Shown: positions 1 to 12,164, counted from the first letter of the stretch. The stretch: 64,000 nucleotides of DNA from Rhodosorus marinus CCMP1338 (GCA_029953675.1 JAMWBK010000003.1:1798001-1862000); one strand, 5' to 3'. Made by a program: numbers and translations. The notes: generated by a model not told the origin, from the letters alone.

Positions 1-282
1 ACGGACTTTAGGGGGACTGAAGGGGGGGGGAGCTGAGGGTGGGGAAGGTGGGGAAAAGGTGGGGGGGGAGGGGCGGTGGCAAAGGAGTAAGGAGTGAGCG
101 GGGGGACTAGAGCTTTTCTTTTATTATTTGTTGGCATAAAGATTTAGTTTGTGGTTTTATTGGGGTATATTGAGAAGCTGGGCAGGTAGAAAAGGGACGT
201 GAGAGGTTTTTTGTTTGTTTTGGGGGCCGTGCTGTGGGAGAGGGGAGAGGAAGAGAGCGGAGGTTTGGGAGAAAGTATTAGC

Positions 283-1458
283 ATGGTGAGGGTTAGGGTT
301 GAGGAAGTTCCGTCTTCGGAATGTGGTAGTTTTTTCGTGGAAGGAGGAGGTTTTGAGTTGGCTGGTTTGGAGGTTGTGAAGGAGATAACTGGAGCGTTTG
401 GTATTGAGGAAGGGGATTTTTTCTTGACGAAAGATGGGAGGCTGGTTGACGGTGGAGAATTTTTTGAGGATGGGTGTGTTCTTCGGCTTTGTGTCCGAGC
501 CCGGGGAGGGAAGGGCGGATTTGGTAGTATGCTTCGAGGGCAGGGTGGGGCGAAGAAAACAACAAACTTCACCGCTTGTAGAGACTTGTCTGGTCGGAGG
601 TTGAGGGCGTCTGACAATCAGGAGCGCTTGGCGACATGGAGGGAAGACCAGGATAAAAAAGCTGGCGAGAAGCGGAAGGCAGACGATGGTGAAGCGTCGA
701 CTTCGCGTTTGGCGGAGAAAACACCTGAATTCGATGCGGAAGGATTCCACGAGAAGCTTACGGCTGTTGGGGGAAGAATTTCTGAGGCACTGGAAAAGGG
801 TTTTCAGGAAGACGCAAAGAAATCTCAGTCTCAAAAAGTTGCCAAGGCCACTGAAGAACTGAAGACTAACAAGCTCCTGAAGAGACGACGAACGTACATG
901 GATGTCGACGACGATAGCGGCAGCGACGAAGAGGACGAGGATGTGAAGCTTGCACCAAAGCCGCAAGAGCTCGATGGAGGCTCTTCGAAACAAACTCCGT
1001 TACGGTTCGAAGCGCCTTCGAGGACTTCTCGAGAGCCTTCACCCATTGTCTCGTCTTTGGCGCAGTCCATTTCTACTGAGCCTGTGTCTGATTGTGGTGA
1101 CTCGTCATATGCCCATTCGGACCCAATCACCGAGCCCATTGCAGAAACAGAAGCGGTGGCGCAGCAGGCTACGGCTAGAGACATCGCGCAGGAAACAACT
1201 GCGCGAATCGTGAACGCTTCAAGTGTGGACGAAGGATCGGAGCCCAAGATCGATCTCAAGAGTTACGACTCGGCTTCTGCTCTAGAGAGCCTGGGCTTGG
1301 AATCGCTCAAACATGAGCTGTCCAGTCGAGGTCTGAAGTGCGGCGGAACTCTGCAGGAGAGAGCGAGCCGCCTATTCTTGTGCAAGGAAGCAGACCCTTC
1401 TTCACTCAATCCAAAGCACAGAGCACGTCCAAAGGCCAAGCCCCACGGCAGAGGCTAG
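283..1458 (+). CDS. SDE2: SDE2 replication-stress/splicing factor (ubiquitin-fold precursor with C-terminal SAP-like domain)
   Basis: Intronless ORF. It contains the diagnostic RARGG|KGGFGSMLR processing site followed by KKTTNFTACRDLSGRRLR, and a C-terminal LESLGLESLKHELSSRGLKCGGTLQERASRLF. First in-frame ATG is at 283; the ORF track start at 199 is a GTG. Confidence 0.93.
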   Translation: MVRVRVEEVPSSECGSFFVEGGGFELAGLEVVKEITGAFGIEEGDFFLTKDGRLVDGGEFFEDGCVLRLCVRARGGKGGFGSMLRGQGGAKKTTNFTACRDLSGRRLRASDNQERLATWREDQDKKAGEKRKADDGEASTSRLAEKTPEFDAEGFHEKLTAVGGRISEALEKGFQEDAKKSQSQKVAKATEELKTNKLLKRRRTYMDVDDDSGSDEEDEDVKLAPKPQELDGGSSKQTPLRFEAPSRTSREPSPIVSSLAQSISTEPVSDCGDSSYAHSDPITEPIAETEAVAQQATARDIAQETTARIVNASSVDEGSEPKIDLKSYDSASALESLGLESLKHELSSRGLKCGGTLQERASRLFLCKEADPSSLNPKHRARPKAKPHGRG

Positions 1459-1544
1459 CGCAACGGCATTGATCGAATGTATCAAGTTTTAATTAAAATA
1501 ATCGTACCCAGCACGTCTTTGCACCCTAAGAGAAAGTCACAACA

Positions 1545-2276
1545 TCAGTCTGTCTTATCGTGGCCATTCGTCTGCGCGTTGGTCTCCGTGCTCGCCGCTT
1601 GCGCCCGCATTTTCATCCTGCTAACTCGGATCGCCAACACCATCGTCCTCACGCTAAGGTTAACCTGGAAACGGAAGAACGCCGGTTGCATTGAGTTTAG
1701 AGTAGAGTACAATGCATGGCTAGAGGATCGGTATGCTTACTAGAATGACGTTTGCAATCAAAAGAAGCGGTCCAGCAAAAAAGATCATCGCGAAGAGCCC
1801 GTTTCTATCGAAATAGTTCTGCGTAGAGAATCTTGGCCAATTTTGTCTGCCCCAGTTGTTCAGCGGCTCCGCAAAGAAGACTGAGACAGCTTTGTGGGAG
1901 TTTACAAAGAAATTACAAAGACCAGGATTTAGTGTTTGAACATCCTGTTTTTGAACTACCGCGAAATTCTACTTTGAGGTTGAGGATGTTCCCTAGGGGG
2001 ATCCTCGGGCTTACCTATGAACACAAACCAAATAACCTGGAGCACGAGTTTTCTCCTTGAAACCAACACTCCGGTGAGGACGACAATCTGAAAAATAATC
2101 AGTCCAAGGATAAACGGTTCGCTCCAAGTGACAGACTCCACAAAGTCACTCAGCAAGTGCATAGGAGATTCGATCTGCTTCTCCATAGTGCCTAACAACG
2201 TATCCGCAAGGTGATACAACAACTCCACAGGCCCCATCTTGGACAGATCTCCCATATCCTCGAGGTTCAGGTCCAT
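1545..2276 (-). CDS. TMEM18: Transmembrane protein 18 family, 3 exons (2276-2015, 1889-1741, 1664-1545)
   Basis: The spliced product has WSEPFILGLIIFQ...AEPLNNWGRQNWPRFSTQNYFDRNGLFAMIFFAGPLLL, matching the TMEM18 pattern. Introns 2014-1890 and 1740-1665 are GTAAG...AG and keep frame. Confidence 0.88.
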
Positions 2277-4794
2277 ATCAGTTTTTCCTCCTACAACAAT
2301 AGTTCCTTCAAGTCTCAATAGTCACTATCAAACCCTGCCGAGCATCGACCTACCCCCACTCCTCAACACCCTAACTGGGCACCACTATGAAGAAAGCCTT
2401 CACTTGTGCGGATAATATTGACTATATCAATCGCTTATTCAATCAATATATTTCGTACATTTGTACAGCTCCGTTGTACTATAGTGTTCACTGTGATGAC
2501 CATGCTAGCCTCACTGAGCTCATTGAGAGACGTCTCTTTAGTCTTTCTTGGAACAACCTATGATATGTCATATCATACAATACATGTCATATGGTATAAT
2601 GAATAAAATAGATTAAGGCTTGGCACAAGTTTCAAAACAGAAGGCCGCCGCCAATAAAAGTTGAACCAAAACAAGATCCTAGAGGGTGGTCCTTCAGCCT
2701 CCCTCTGCTCTCTTCGTCAGGCTACTTCGGCTGATGCAGAACACCCGATGGAGTGTCTCTGGGGAGGCTCAGCTGGTGTTGCGAGGATTGACGCTGTCCG
2801 AGCGGACAAGTGAGAAAGGTGGCGGAAACGGAGCTCCAACATCAACAGTAGTGTGAGCCCCTCCTTAGTGGGCGAGTAACGAGCAGACAATACTTCAACA
2901 AAGGAGGTAGATTCCCCGGGTGTAGATTCCGCGAGAATTTGGGGCGCGAAGAAGACGGTGGATTTCGACGTCGGGGGATCAGTCATTCAAGAAGAATTTT
3001 TCGCGCTGAACTGATCCGCAAACATGTCAAGGACTGGTCGCATTCTGCATCTTTCTCCGGCCCGAAGCCCGGCAAATATGCACGCGGAGAGCCCACAACC
3101 AATGTTGTCGCCAAACATACGTTCGTTCAAACTGCATGAATTTCAGGGATAGCCAAGGACCTGAAAGGCGCATTGCGAAATTGGATTCCAAGCTCTGTCC
3201 CAGGAATCATCTGATCAGATCACTTCAATCCTGATTGAGATCGATTCACCACGTCAGAAGTGTATGCACAAGTGCCACTACTTGCTGACCGCATCAAGCA
3301 ACACCAGTCAGAAATTCTCGGACTAGACGGTGAAGAAGCCGAGAACGGCTGCCGGAAACTTCACAGAAACAAATACAGACTAAAGCAAATCAACCTCAAG
3401 CGCTTAAGCTTTTCGCAATCAACGAAGGAAACCTTCATTCGAACCCATCCCAAGAGGGTCTCCAAGCACAATTTCCATCCAGACAACTTCACCAGGACCC
3501 CCCCCAACCTGCAAGGAAGCCAACTAATTTTCGAAAAGAGCAAACGGTTACCGGACACAAGAAAAAATACCATTAAGGTCGGATGTCTTAACATCCAAAA
3601 TACGTCATAAACTATTTATCAAAAATACATAAGTTATATATATTTTTCTTCATAAAAATTTTGTTTTACAATCAAAATATATTTTAGTTAAGTACTTTAT
3701 ATTAATTTTATAATGGCACTAATATTGTCTCGCGGCCACGCCACCCAACCCCTCTTATCGCTGATTGAACAGGGGCGTGGATGCAATTCGGTGGTTGAAT
3801 TTCCATTTGATATAAGAACCCGTTCCAAAAACAATGAAATAATGATAAATCGTTTCGTACATGTGATAGTAAACGAGAACACAAAACTCGAAGGGGGGTG
3901 GGAGGGAGGGGTAAGGGGTTATTGGTTTCTATAGTAGATTTTTAAATTGTTTTCTAATTATTGGTTTATGGAATGGTTCCTTTTTTTTGTGCTCGGATTT
4001 TGCTTTTTTCCTACGATGAAGAGGACTTTTATGGTTTTCCAAACGTTGTCAAGAGGGGTAGGATCAAGTCATGGTTTGGATCGCCCAAAACATTCCAAAA
4101 GATATCGTTTTTTATTGTTGCACAAAAGTTTCGATGATCGACAGCGGCGGGTAGGGACATATCGTCCGAACGCTACCGGGGGGAAGGGGGCGGGAGGGGG
4201 TTAAAGTACAAGTTTGATTCATCTAACTCCCCATTCTTTACATATGTGAATAGTACAATATCGCCGAAAAAGAGTAAATTCAGAGCAGATATTTGATTTA
4301 ATATGATGATATACAAGGGGGGATATGATCATTCACCTTTTTTTTTTTTTTGGTCCGTTGATCAGGTGTTGTTTTTTTTGTTTTGGAAATTTTTGAGGTT
4401 TTTTTGCGGGCGGTTGGAGGTTTGTTTCTCAGGGCGTTGGGAGGGGCTTAGGGAGCTTCATTTTTATATTCTTTCTGAAGGGTATGGGTGCGGAGGTTTA
4501 GTTTTGAGTGTATTCGGTCAAAAAGGGTTATGAAATGTTCGTAAAGAGTTTTAGTTAAGTTGGGGCAGAGTATATGGACATGGGATGGGGCGGGAGGAAG
4601 TTCCGTGAACAAGATCGTACTGCTGAGAGGCGTTTGGTTTCGTGTTTTGGGTGAGGCGAGTTTGGTATTGGTTTTTTTTTTTGGTTGGATAGCCAGCCGC
4701 CTCCTGTGGTTTTGGTATTTTTTGCTCGGAATCGAGATCCCAGAAAAGTTGTGCTTTGGGTCGTGAGCGGACGTGCACATCTTCGGGGGAGAAG

Positions 4795-5259
4795 ATGAAT
4801 CAAAAGCGGTATACCAAGAAAGGCAAAGCAGATGGGAACCCGTCGCGGACGGTAAGTACTTGTTGGTTTAGTCTGAAGTGTGCAAAGTTCACGTCGTCCA
4901 GGGTAGAATCCTGATCTTCTTTTTTTTTTGCCTTTGGCTGAATTAGGTAGTTGATCTGTCAAAGTTGAGGAAATCATCCTTGAAACGGTATAAGCACCAT
5001 TTCAAGCTGGAAATGAAGGCTAATCCTTCCAAAGCAGAGTTGTGAGTCACGCTGAAACATTGTGGAGATCATATGTTGATCGATATAGTCTTCTAGCAGG
5101 GAAACCCGGATCTAAGGTCTAACCTTACTCTCTTTGAGTTGTGCTTGAAATAGGGTCGATGCGGTCGCGTCACATTTTGCGAACATGCCTGTAAGAGAAT
5201 CTGAAGTGGTGGCAGCATTCTACAACTATGCGCGCACGCGCGGGGCACAGTCCTACTAG
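4795..5259 (+). CDS. SAP30: SAP30-like Sin3-binding protein (85 aa), 3 exons (4795-4851, 4947-5041, 5154-5259)
   Basis: Spliced: MNQKRYTKKGKADGNPSRT-VVDLSKLRKSSLKRYKHHFKLEMKANPSKAEL-VDAVASHFANMPVRESEVVAAFYNYARTRGAQSY. This matches the SAP30 C-terminal motif VDL..L...L.RYK.HFKL......KA.L...V..HF...PV.E......F. Donors are GTAAGT and GTGAGT; the second intron has a CTAAC branch. Confidence 0.88.
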
Positions 5260-5575
5260 GTTCGCTTGTGTTGGAGCTGATCCGCATTTACGTACATGGA
5301 TCGGCAAACTGGGTGCGCAGTGCAGTACATAGAGCTGCATGAGGGATTAAGCTCGTGTGCCTGCCGCTTATCTAGAGCGCCGGTGACTAGGAAACCGTGA
5401 TTGTGTTTTTAGCACTTGCTCTTCACAGCTCCAGCCTTGCGAGTCTGGAGTTGACTATTTATTTTCTGGCTTGGTGGTGCTTGCGGTTATTGCAAGCGAT
5501 TGAGGAATAGCGTCAGATAAATTTCTGATTAGGCTGTGTGTTTTTCGATCACAACCGACCAATATGTGAATTCGC

Positions 5576-6589
5576 TCACTCAAGGAGGCATTGTGCTGTA
5601 ATAAGTGTGTCTTGTGCTTGCGTGATGTAGGGGATTCCCTGTACCTTGAAGAAGATCGCTAGAGTTGACTTTTCCGAGTAGAGCTCAGCGCGGAAGTGTC
5701 TGATTTGAGCTTTTCTTGATTGCCGGTGAAGTGCACAGCCCCCGATGACCAATACCCTTGAGCTGCAATTAGTGACTTTCATTCGTATCTGGATGGAGTT
5801 CCTGGGGTCTCTGTCACATGTCGCTTTCAAGGCTACTGACTTGCCGCGAATGTTAACCCGTTTTGTGATACTTAGAACACTCCTTTCTCGGCGATGGAAA
5901 AAGCGGGACGACCGAGCGGTGTACTCCGGAATGCGGTTTTCCTCAATAGCCAACACGCAAAGCTCAAACCTGAGGAGTGATTCGATTTCCCGAGAGACTG
6001 TTCTCGTCAAGTATCTAAGCTGTTCATCAGACAACATGCACGATTCCTTCGCAGCAATGCTCATGTCTATGCAGAGGGTTTCTATTCGATCCTGCGCAAT
6101 TGCAGAGGTATCCCTTGAGCCAAATGCAGCTTTCGAATTGTATCTCCTCAGGACGCGAAAGATACGAGTTTGAACTCTTTCAAGTCTTTGCAGATGGAAA
6201 TGAAGCTTGGAAATTCTCTTGATGCTTGCATCACTCCCAGATCCACGCTTCTTGTCCACAACTCCCTTAGGAGCTAGCAGAGTACTTTCTAAGCATTCTA
6301 GCCATCTGCTCTGAATCCTAGATGCCTCTCGGCACAAAGTCCGTCCGAGATGCTTGGCAAACGCCTGGTACCTCCGGAGCTCCAAGAGAGTCACCTCGTC
6401 AAAGCCATAGAACGTACGCATTCTTCTTAGCATTGAGCTGACAAGATCCATCACGTCATCAAATACTGCTGCCCTTTGTCGCAGTCGCATCATGTCCACA
6501 GATCCAGACCGAACAAGGAACTCAACTCCATTTTCTACCTCGCAAGCGTCGAACGCCGCTTCTCGAACCTCCCTCTTGCACCACGGCAT
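5576..6589 (-). CDS. Hypothetical protein, 337 aa, no family recognised
   Basis: Long intronless ORF with ATG start. It lies downstream of a minus-strand G-rich leader (about 6690-6800) and an AT-rich core shared with AsnRS. Confidence 0.65.
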   Translation of the reverse strand: MPWCKREVREAAFDACEVENGVEFLVRSGSVDMMRLRQRAAVFDDVMDLVSSMLRRMRTFYGFDEVTLLELRRYQAFAKHLGRTLCREASRIQSRWLECLESTLLAPKGVVDKKRGSGSDASIKRISKLHFHLQRLERVQTRIFRVLRRYNSKAAFGSRDTSAIAQDRIETLCIDMSIAAKESCMLSDEQLRYLTRTVSREIESLLRFELCVLAIEENRIPEYTARSSRFFHRRERSVLSITKRVNIRGKSVALKATCDRDPRNSIQIRMKVTNCSSRVLVIGGCALHRQSRKAQIRHFRAELYSEKSTLAIFFKVQGIPYITQAQDTLITAQCLLE

Positions 6590-7248
6590 GTCCCGAGTTC
6601 ACTGACTACCAAATCCTACTGAGCTAGGCAGAGAATTCAATGGACTCCAACTAAAAGCGAGGCACTCCGACCACGATATTTCATGAATGGCATCTTCTCT
6701 CCCTCTCCCCACTCCACCAAAGTCGCCCCCCCCCCAAAACCCCTTCTGGACATTTGCTCTCATGAACTTCCCATTCCAACAACCCGTTCAGATCCTCGAT
6801 AAGGGGGGTAGTTTAACTCTCCCAATATCGAGAAAATTGAGGAAAAGATTTTTGATTATTAAGATAAATATTTCTGAACAAAGTAACCTCCCCTATCAAG
6901 GCGTCCACATTTTGCTCCAGGAACATCGGCCACTCCAGAACCGAATAATTTGGCCCACTAGAGTATTCGAATTTTTACGATCCTGCAAACGCTACTAAAT
7001 CTTGCTGATCGGAGGTTGAGACCGATTTATTCAGTTTTTTGTTGTTTTTGTGAAGCGCAGAGTCCTGTCTCGGAAAGCTGACTTGGTGGATGTGGAGATG
7101 GAAAGATAAGGGGTTTTCAGTTTCGAGTTGAAGGGGTTGTAGAAGGGGGGACTTGAGGACGGGCTAGCTGAAGTACTGAATTGATCTTGAGGTTTTTGAC
7201 TATATTGAATTCTACGTGTGCTCTTTTATGTTTTTCAAGAGACCAAGC
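6590..7248. promoter_or_regulatory. Probable bidirectional promoter (orphan ORF / AsnRS)
   Basis: AT-rich core at about 6830-6900, with a C-rich plus strand on the left and a G/T-rich plus strand on the right, between two divergent ATGs. Confidence 0.55.
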
Positions 7249-9247
7249 ATGGTGGATTGGAAGGCTCCCTTAGGATTTGGATTGTCGCCGTCGATCCTTG
7301 GGGCGAAGACGAGATCTGGAACTGGGTTACTTTGTAGCAGGATAAGAGCGGGGTCGTCTAGTTACCGACTGTACAGAAGCACGAATATGTGCTTAGCCTC
7401 GGAAGCGGAAGTGAAATCTGAGACGACGAAGATTGAGAGAATTAAAGTGCGGAGCATTCAGGAGGCAGAGGAATCTATTGTGGGCACCGAGGTCAAGGTG
7501 AACGGATGGCTACGCACTGTGAGGGATCAGAAGCAGTTTGCTTTCCTCAATATCAACGACGGATCAAGCTTGTCTGGTGTTCAAATAGTTGTAGATGGGT
7601 CCTCCGGATCGTATGATACTGCAAAGTCACTGACAACTGGGTCCTCTGTGTCCGTAGTTGGAACCGTGGTGAAAAGGTACGATATTGCATTCACCGACAG
7701 ATGCAAGTAGCTGAGAATTCTTACAAGGATTCTGATTCGATCGTTCAGTCCAGGGAAAGGCCAAAAGTATGAGATTCAGGCCAAGTCTCTCCACGTCTTT
7801 GGAACCGCCGACCAGTCATATCCACTGCAGAAGAAGCGGCACTCGTTTGAATTTCTCAGAGGTTAGACCTTGTTCAGTTCCTGTGCTTTGGATTATCCCA
7901 GTTTTTTAGTGTCTTCTTTTATCTGTTTTATTTGCCTTGATGCAGGAATTGCTCATCTCCGTGCCCGAACGAATGCAATCGGCGCTGTCGCTAGGGTTCG
8001 ATCTAGCCTTGCGTACAGCACCCACAAGTTCTTCTGCGATCGTGGGTTTGCTTATTTGAACAGTCCAATTCTAACTGCATCTGATGCGGAAGGCGCCGGC
8101 GAACTTTTTCAAGTGACCACTCTCCCTGTTGCGAAGCCAAAAGATATTAAGACCACAGATGCTGGAGAGGCGGATTTTGCGGAGGATTTCTTTGAGAAAC
8201 CAACGTTTTTGACAGTATCCGGGCAATTGTCGGCCGAGTCTTATGCGACTGCTCTGTCTGACGTGTATACGTTCGGTCCCACGTTTCGGGCTGAGAACAG
8301 CAATACTTCTCGCCATCTTGCTGAGTTTTGGATGGTTGAACCTGAAATGGCGTTTGCTGATCTGCAAGACGATATGGCAAATGCCGAAGCTTATGTTAAG
8401 TAAGCTTGACAAGATCTGTGCTCGTGTATTATCTCTCCGCGCAAATCTGCTGCCTGATATTAAGGTGTCCATTTTGTTGTTTCTCAAGGTATTGCATCAA
8501 CTACGTGATGGAGAACCACATGGAGGACGTAGAGTTCTTCAGCAAATTCGTCGAGAAGGGCCTAATGGAGAAATTAGAAACCGTCAGAAGTCAACCATTC
8601 GCGTACGTATCGTACACAGAAGCAGTCCAGATATTGCAGGAATCGAAAGAAAAGTTTGTCTTCCCCGTCGAATGGGGGACCGACCTACAGTCAGAGCACG
8701 AGCGGTACCTCGCGGAGAAGCATTTTCAAAGGCCTGTGTTTGTGTTCAACTACCCTGTCGGCATTAAGGTAACGTGGGCATCCTTGCACTATCAGACTTG
8801 TTTCAAAGGGCTGACATAGCGTTGTGTACTTCCCCAGGCGTTTTACATGAGACTCAACGATGATCAAAAGACTGTTGCTGCAATGGATCTTCTCGTGCCC
8901 GGTATTGGGGAGCTTGTTGGTGGAAGCCAGCGAGAGGAGAGATTGGATGTGTTGGAAAAGAGAATAGCGGACGCTGGACTGGAGAAGGTAGGGTTTGACA
9001 CATTACGACAATCGAGAAGAAGTATTCTATCCGAGTTGCTTTCGCTCTTCATTGGCACTGAACACGCGTGTTTGCTGAATGTTAACAGGAAGACTACTGG
9101 TGGTACCTCGAACTGCGAAAGTTTGGCACAGTCCCGCATGCCGGCTATGGTCTAGGATTTGAGCGACTTGTACAGTTCGTTACGGGAATGGACAACATTC
9201 GAGATGTCATTCCCTTCCCTAGACACCCGGGCAATGCCGAGTTCTGA
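7249..9247 (+). CDS. asnS: Asparaginyl-tRNA synthetase, organellar (bacterial-type) with N-terminal transit peptide; 6 exons
   Basis: Exons 7249-7676, 7749-7861, 7946-8399, 8489-8768, 8838-8987, 9089-9247. Motifs: [101 protein letters not shown]...IRDVIPFPR. An alternative in-frame ATG is at 7228. Confidence 0.97.
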
Positions 9248-9349
9248 CTGATTCGGTTAGGGCCCTTCTTCGCTGCAGAGTTTCTCTCTTTAATACCAAG
9301 TTCAATTTGTTGTTAAATATTTGCAATTACTTCAATGCGTTGTCATAAA

Positions 9350-10783
9350 TTATATCTTCGTAAGTTCCCGGAGGCATTCAACCAGATGTTCTTCATTGTA
9401 CAGAACTCGTTCTCCCTCTAGTATCGTGGGAACAGGAACGATGTCCGTAATCCCGAGCTGGGCAAGTCGATCGAAATCCACCTCAATTTCCCCTCCTTCC
9501 GGTACAATCATCGTCGTGACAAAGTCCTGGGGAGAATACGCTCTCTTCTGGCAAACCATCGCTTCCGTCAAGACCTCTGAGATTGCAAGGACCACATCAC
9601 TTGCCTTCATTTCACCATAGCTCCATCGCGTCTCACGGTCAAGCGTCGCGTTCAAAATCAGAATTTTGGAGACCGCCTTTTCTGATATGATGTCTCCAAC
9701 ACCGCGAAGAGCAAGAGTGGGCGCTATGCTGGTGAACAGGCTTCCCATCGAGTAGATAATGCTGTCACTGGAAACGAGAGAATCAACCACAGCAGGGTTT
9801 GGTTCTGGGTATCGCTCTGCCCCGTTATAAAAGATTCTCCTAATTTTGGAAGGGAGCGTCTGCAGTTTCGACTCCTCCGTCTTCCCTCCCGGATGCGAAA
9901 TCAAGTTCTGGCCATGCAGTAGCGTGCCATTCTCCAGTTCCGCGACTAGGGAAACCCGCTTTTCCGTTGAAATAGCTGGAAGCACCCTAACACCCTCATC
10001 CATTTTCAGCACACGTGATAGAATCAACGTTGCTGCCTATGTTCCGTAAGCGAGCAACAGACCCTCAGTCTCTTAACGAAATCTTCGCAAGCCCGAAAGG
10101 CTCACGCTTACCTCTAAGGATTTGAAGAAGCAGCGAGCTCCAGAAAGGAAGAAGTTCCCCACGGAGCCATTCCTAAAGTCGAACTGCTTGTCTCGGAGCT
10201 GGAATCTAAAATGCTCCAGAAAGGCGAGAATGGTCTCCCTGTACGGTTTTGCCACTGCGGTCCAAAGCTTATGAGACCCATCCAGTACGGAATGCCTAGT
10301 TGTCCACAAACGAGGGTTGAGAGCTCCACGGTTAGCAAGCTTTCCTGTGGTGTTCAAACATGTAGGCCTTTTCAACACGTACCATTCGTCTTCCGCCGTC
10401 TGCTGACTATCAGAGGACAATCTGTGACCAAGAATTTCCCTGACCGCGAGGGTCTCGGTATCTGTATCGTCCGAAAGCTGAACACATCTGGAACGAATAT
10501 CTCCAACCGCTGGCCCTCCAAGACATTTTATAATCTCCGAAGTTGACCCACCATCATCAGAAACTGGAAGCACGTAGCTAACCTTCAGCAAGGACTCCTC
10601 TCTCATCAACCTCGCGCATGAGTTAAATGCCGTTCCACCGCTGAAAATCACAAGCCGCCGCTCCGAATCAACCGACACACGCTCAAGATCCAGAATCTCA
10701 GCACCACGCACGGAACTCTTATATCCCCCAACACTCCCCATTTCACTCCCAAGACTCCCCATTTCACTGTCAAGGCTCCCCAT
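9350..10783 (-). CDS. YvcK/CofD-like (UPF0052, gluconeogenesis-factor family; plant MEE18 / yeast YNL011C type); 3 exons
   Basis: LVIFSGGTAFN, VLPVSDDGGSTSEI...GGPAVGDIRSR, FDFRNGSVGNFFLSGAR, IIYSMGSLFTSIAPTL...KILILN...DRET. Introns at 10382-10296 and 10111-10037. Confidence 0.9.
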
Positions 10784-10786
10784 CTC
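10724..10786 (-). repeat. Three 21-bp tandem units encoding EMGS(L/V)xS at the YvcK N-terminus
   Basis: Minus strand reads GAGATGGGGAGCCTTGACAGT GAAATGGGGAGTCTTGGGAGT GAAATGGGGAGTGTTGGGGGA. Confidence 0.85.
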
Positions 10787-12164
10787 ACATAGCTCCACCT
10801 TCCAAGAAATACGTGCCCTTTAACAACCAAACACAAAGCAACCCCCCTCAAAAAAAAAACAAAAAACCTCTTGACCAGACACCACAGCTCCTTCCAAACT
10901 CCTCCTCAACCCTCTTCCGACAACGTACCCACACACCTCTCTCTCTTCCCACCTACCATCATCACCAACACTTCCAGCTGAGCTCATCAAATCATCCTTA
11001 TCATGCTCAACAACAGCCTGCAGTCCTCATTGTGCCTCCTTTTCTTATATTACCCCCTCCTTCCCATCCCTTTTCATGCATTCCTTCACTGAAAGCCAGT
11101 CTACCCAACGGAGCCAGCCCAACATTGTCGGATCCCAAATTCTTAATTAGATACTACACAAAATATAAACTTATGAAAGAACGTAAAATTAGCCGTTCTT
11201 AATAAACCATAAATAACCTTTTTAAGAACTAGTATGGCCCTAGATTGTTCAACAACTCCACAATACGAGAATATATAGAAAGCACAATTCATTCTCGGGT
11301 CAAAATCTTGGTAAGTTTTAATACGCATAGAATTGCGAATACGTTTTTTTAATTATCGAACCTGATCGCACTGTTTTCATGGATAAATTATTTAAAAAAA
11401 CTATTTTTATTAAGCCAATATGTGAAGAGCAGAGAAAAGTTTTATCCAATCACAAGAGAACAGACACAAAAATCTTTTTCGAAGTACTACATTACCCCAA
11501 TTCCTGTATTTAATAAATATGTACTCCCTTTTCAAGTTCATTAGTTCGTACTAATATGTACTACTAACGTATCAAAATAGGATTTTTTGAAGGATTTTTT
11601 TTCCTCTTCAGTTGCCTTTTTGACGGCCCATTCCGTGTTCAGCTGCGTTTTTTTGTTTTTCGGTAAAATAAAACTGAACAAAGAAAGAAAACTCTGAAAT
11701 TGACTGACAAAAGTAAGGCATGTTTTTCTTCTACTAGATGAATTAGTTTCCGCCAATCGATTCGTTGATAGGAATTTTGTCACGGTTTGGTTCCCCTTTT
11801 TTTGGTTTCTTTTTCATGCCCCATCAATAGGCGTAGATTTGTTTTTTAAATTATTTATTTGATATCTTTGATATTTAAACTTTTTTCTGGATATTTACTG
11901 TTTCCTGTTTTCGGTGGTGGAATATTATAAACGTTAATATCGTGAGTGAGGTTAGGGGTTTTGTGTGAGATGGAATTGGTTCGCTGGGCGGGAGTATTCT
12001 GATTGTTGGAGTTGATCAGCCCTTGCGGCAGATCGTGTGGGGACTGGATCTCGGAGGCCCGGAGGCGGTTTCACTCTGACTGATTTGGTGACCCAATGTT
12101 GTTGTTTTTTGCCCTCCTCGTGGGATAGAATTTGACGACGTTTTTGGTCTGTTTTTTTTAATAG

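Noticed and set aside
144-1259. Antisense and alternate-frame ORFs over SDE2, and similar ones over AsnRS, IFRD, M28, Mpv17, ELP1 and MYB
   Set aside because: They are shadows of real genes or of the low-complexity G/C-skewed leaders and have no family motifs.
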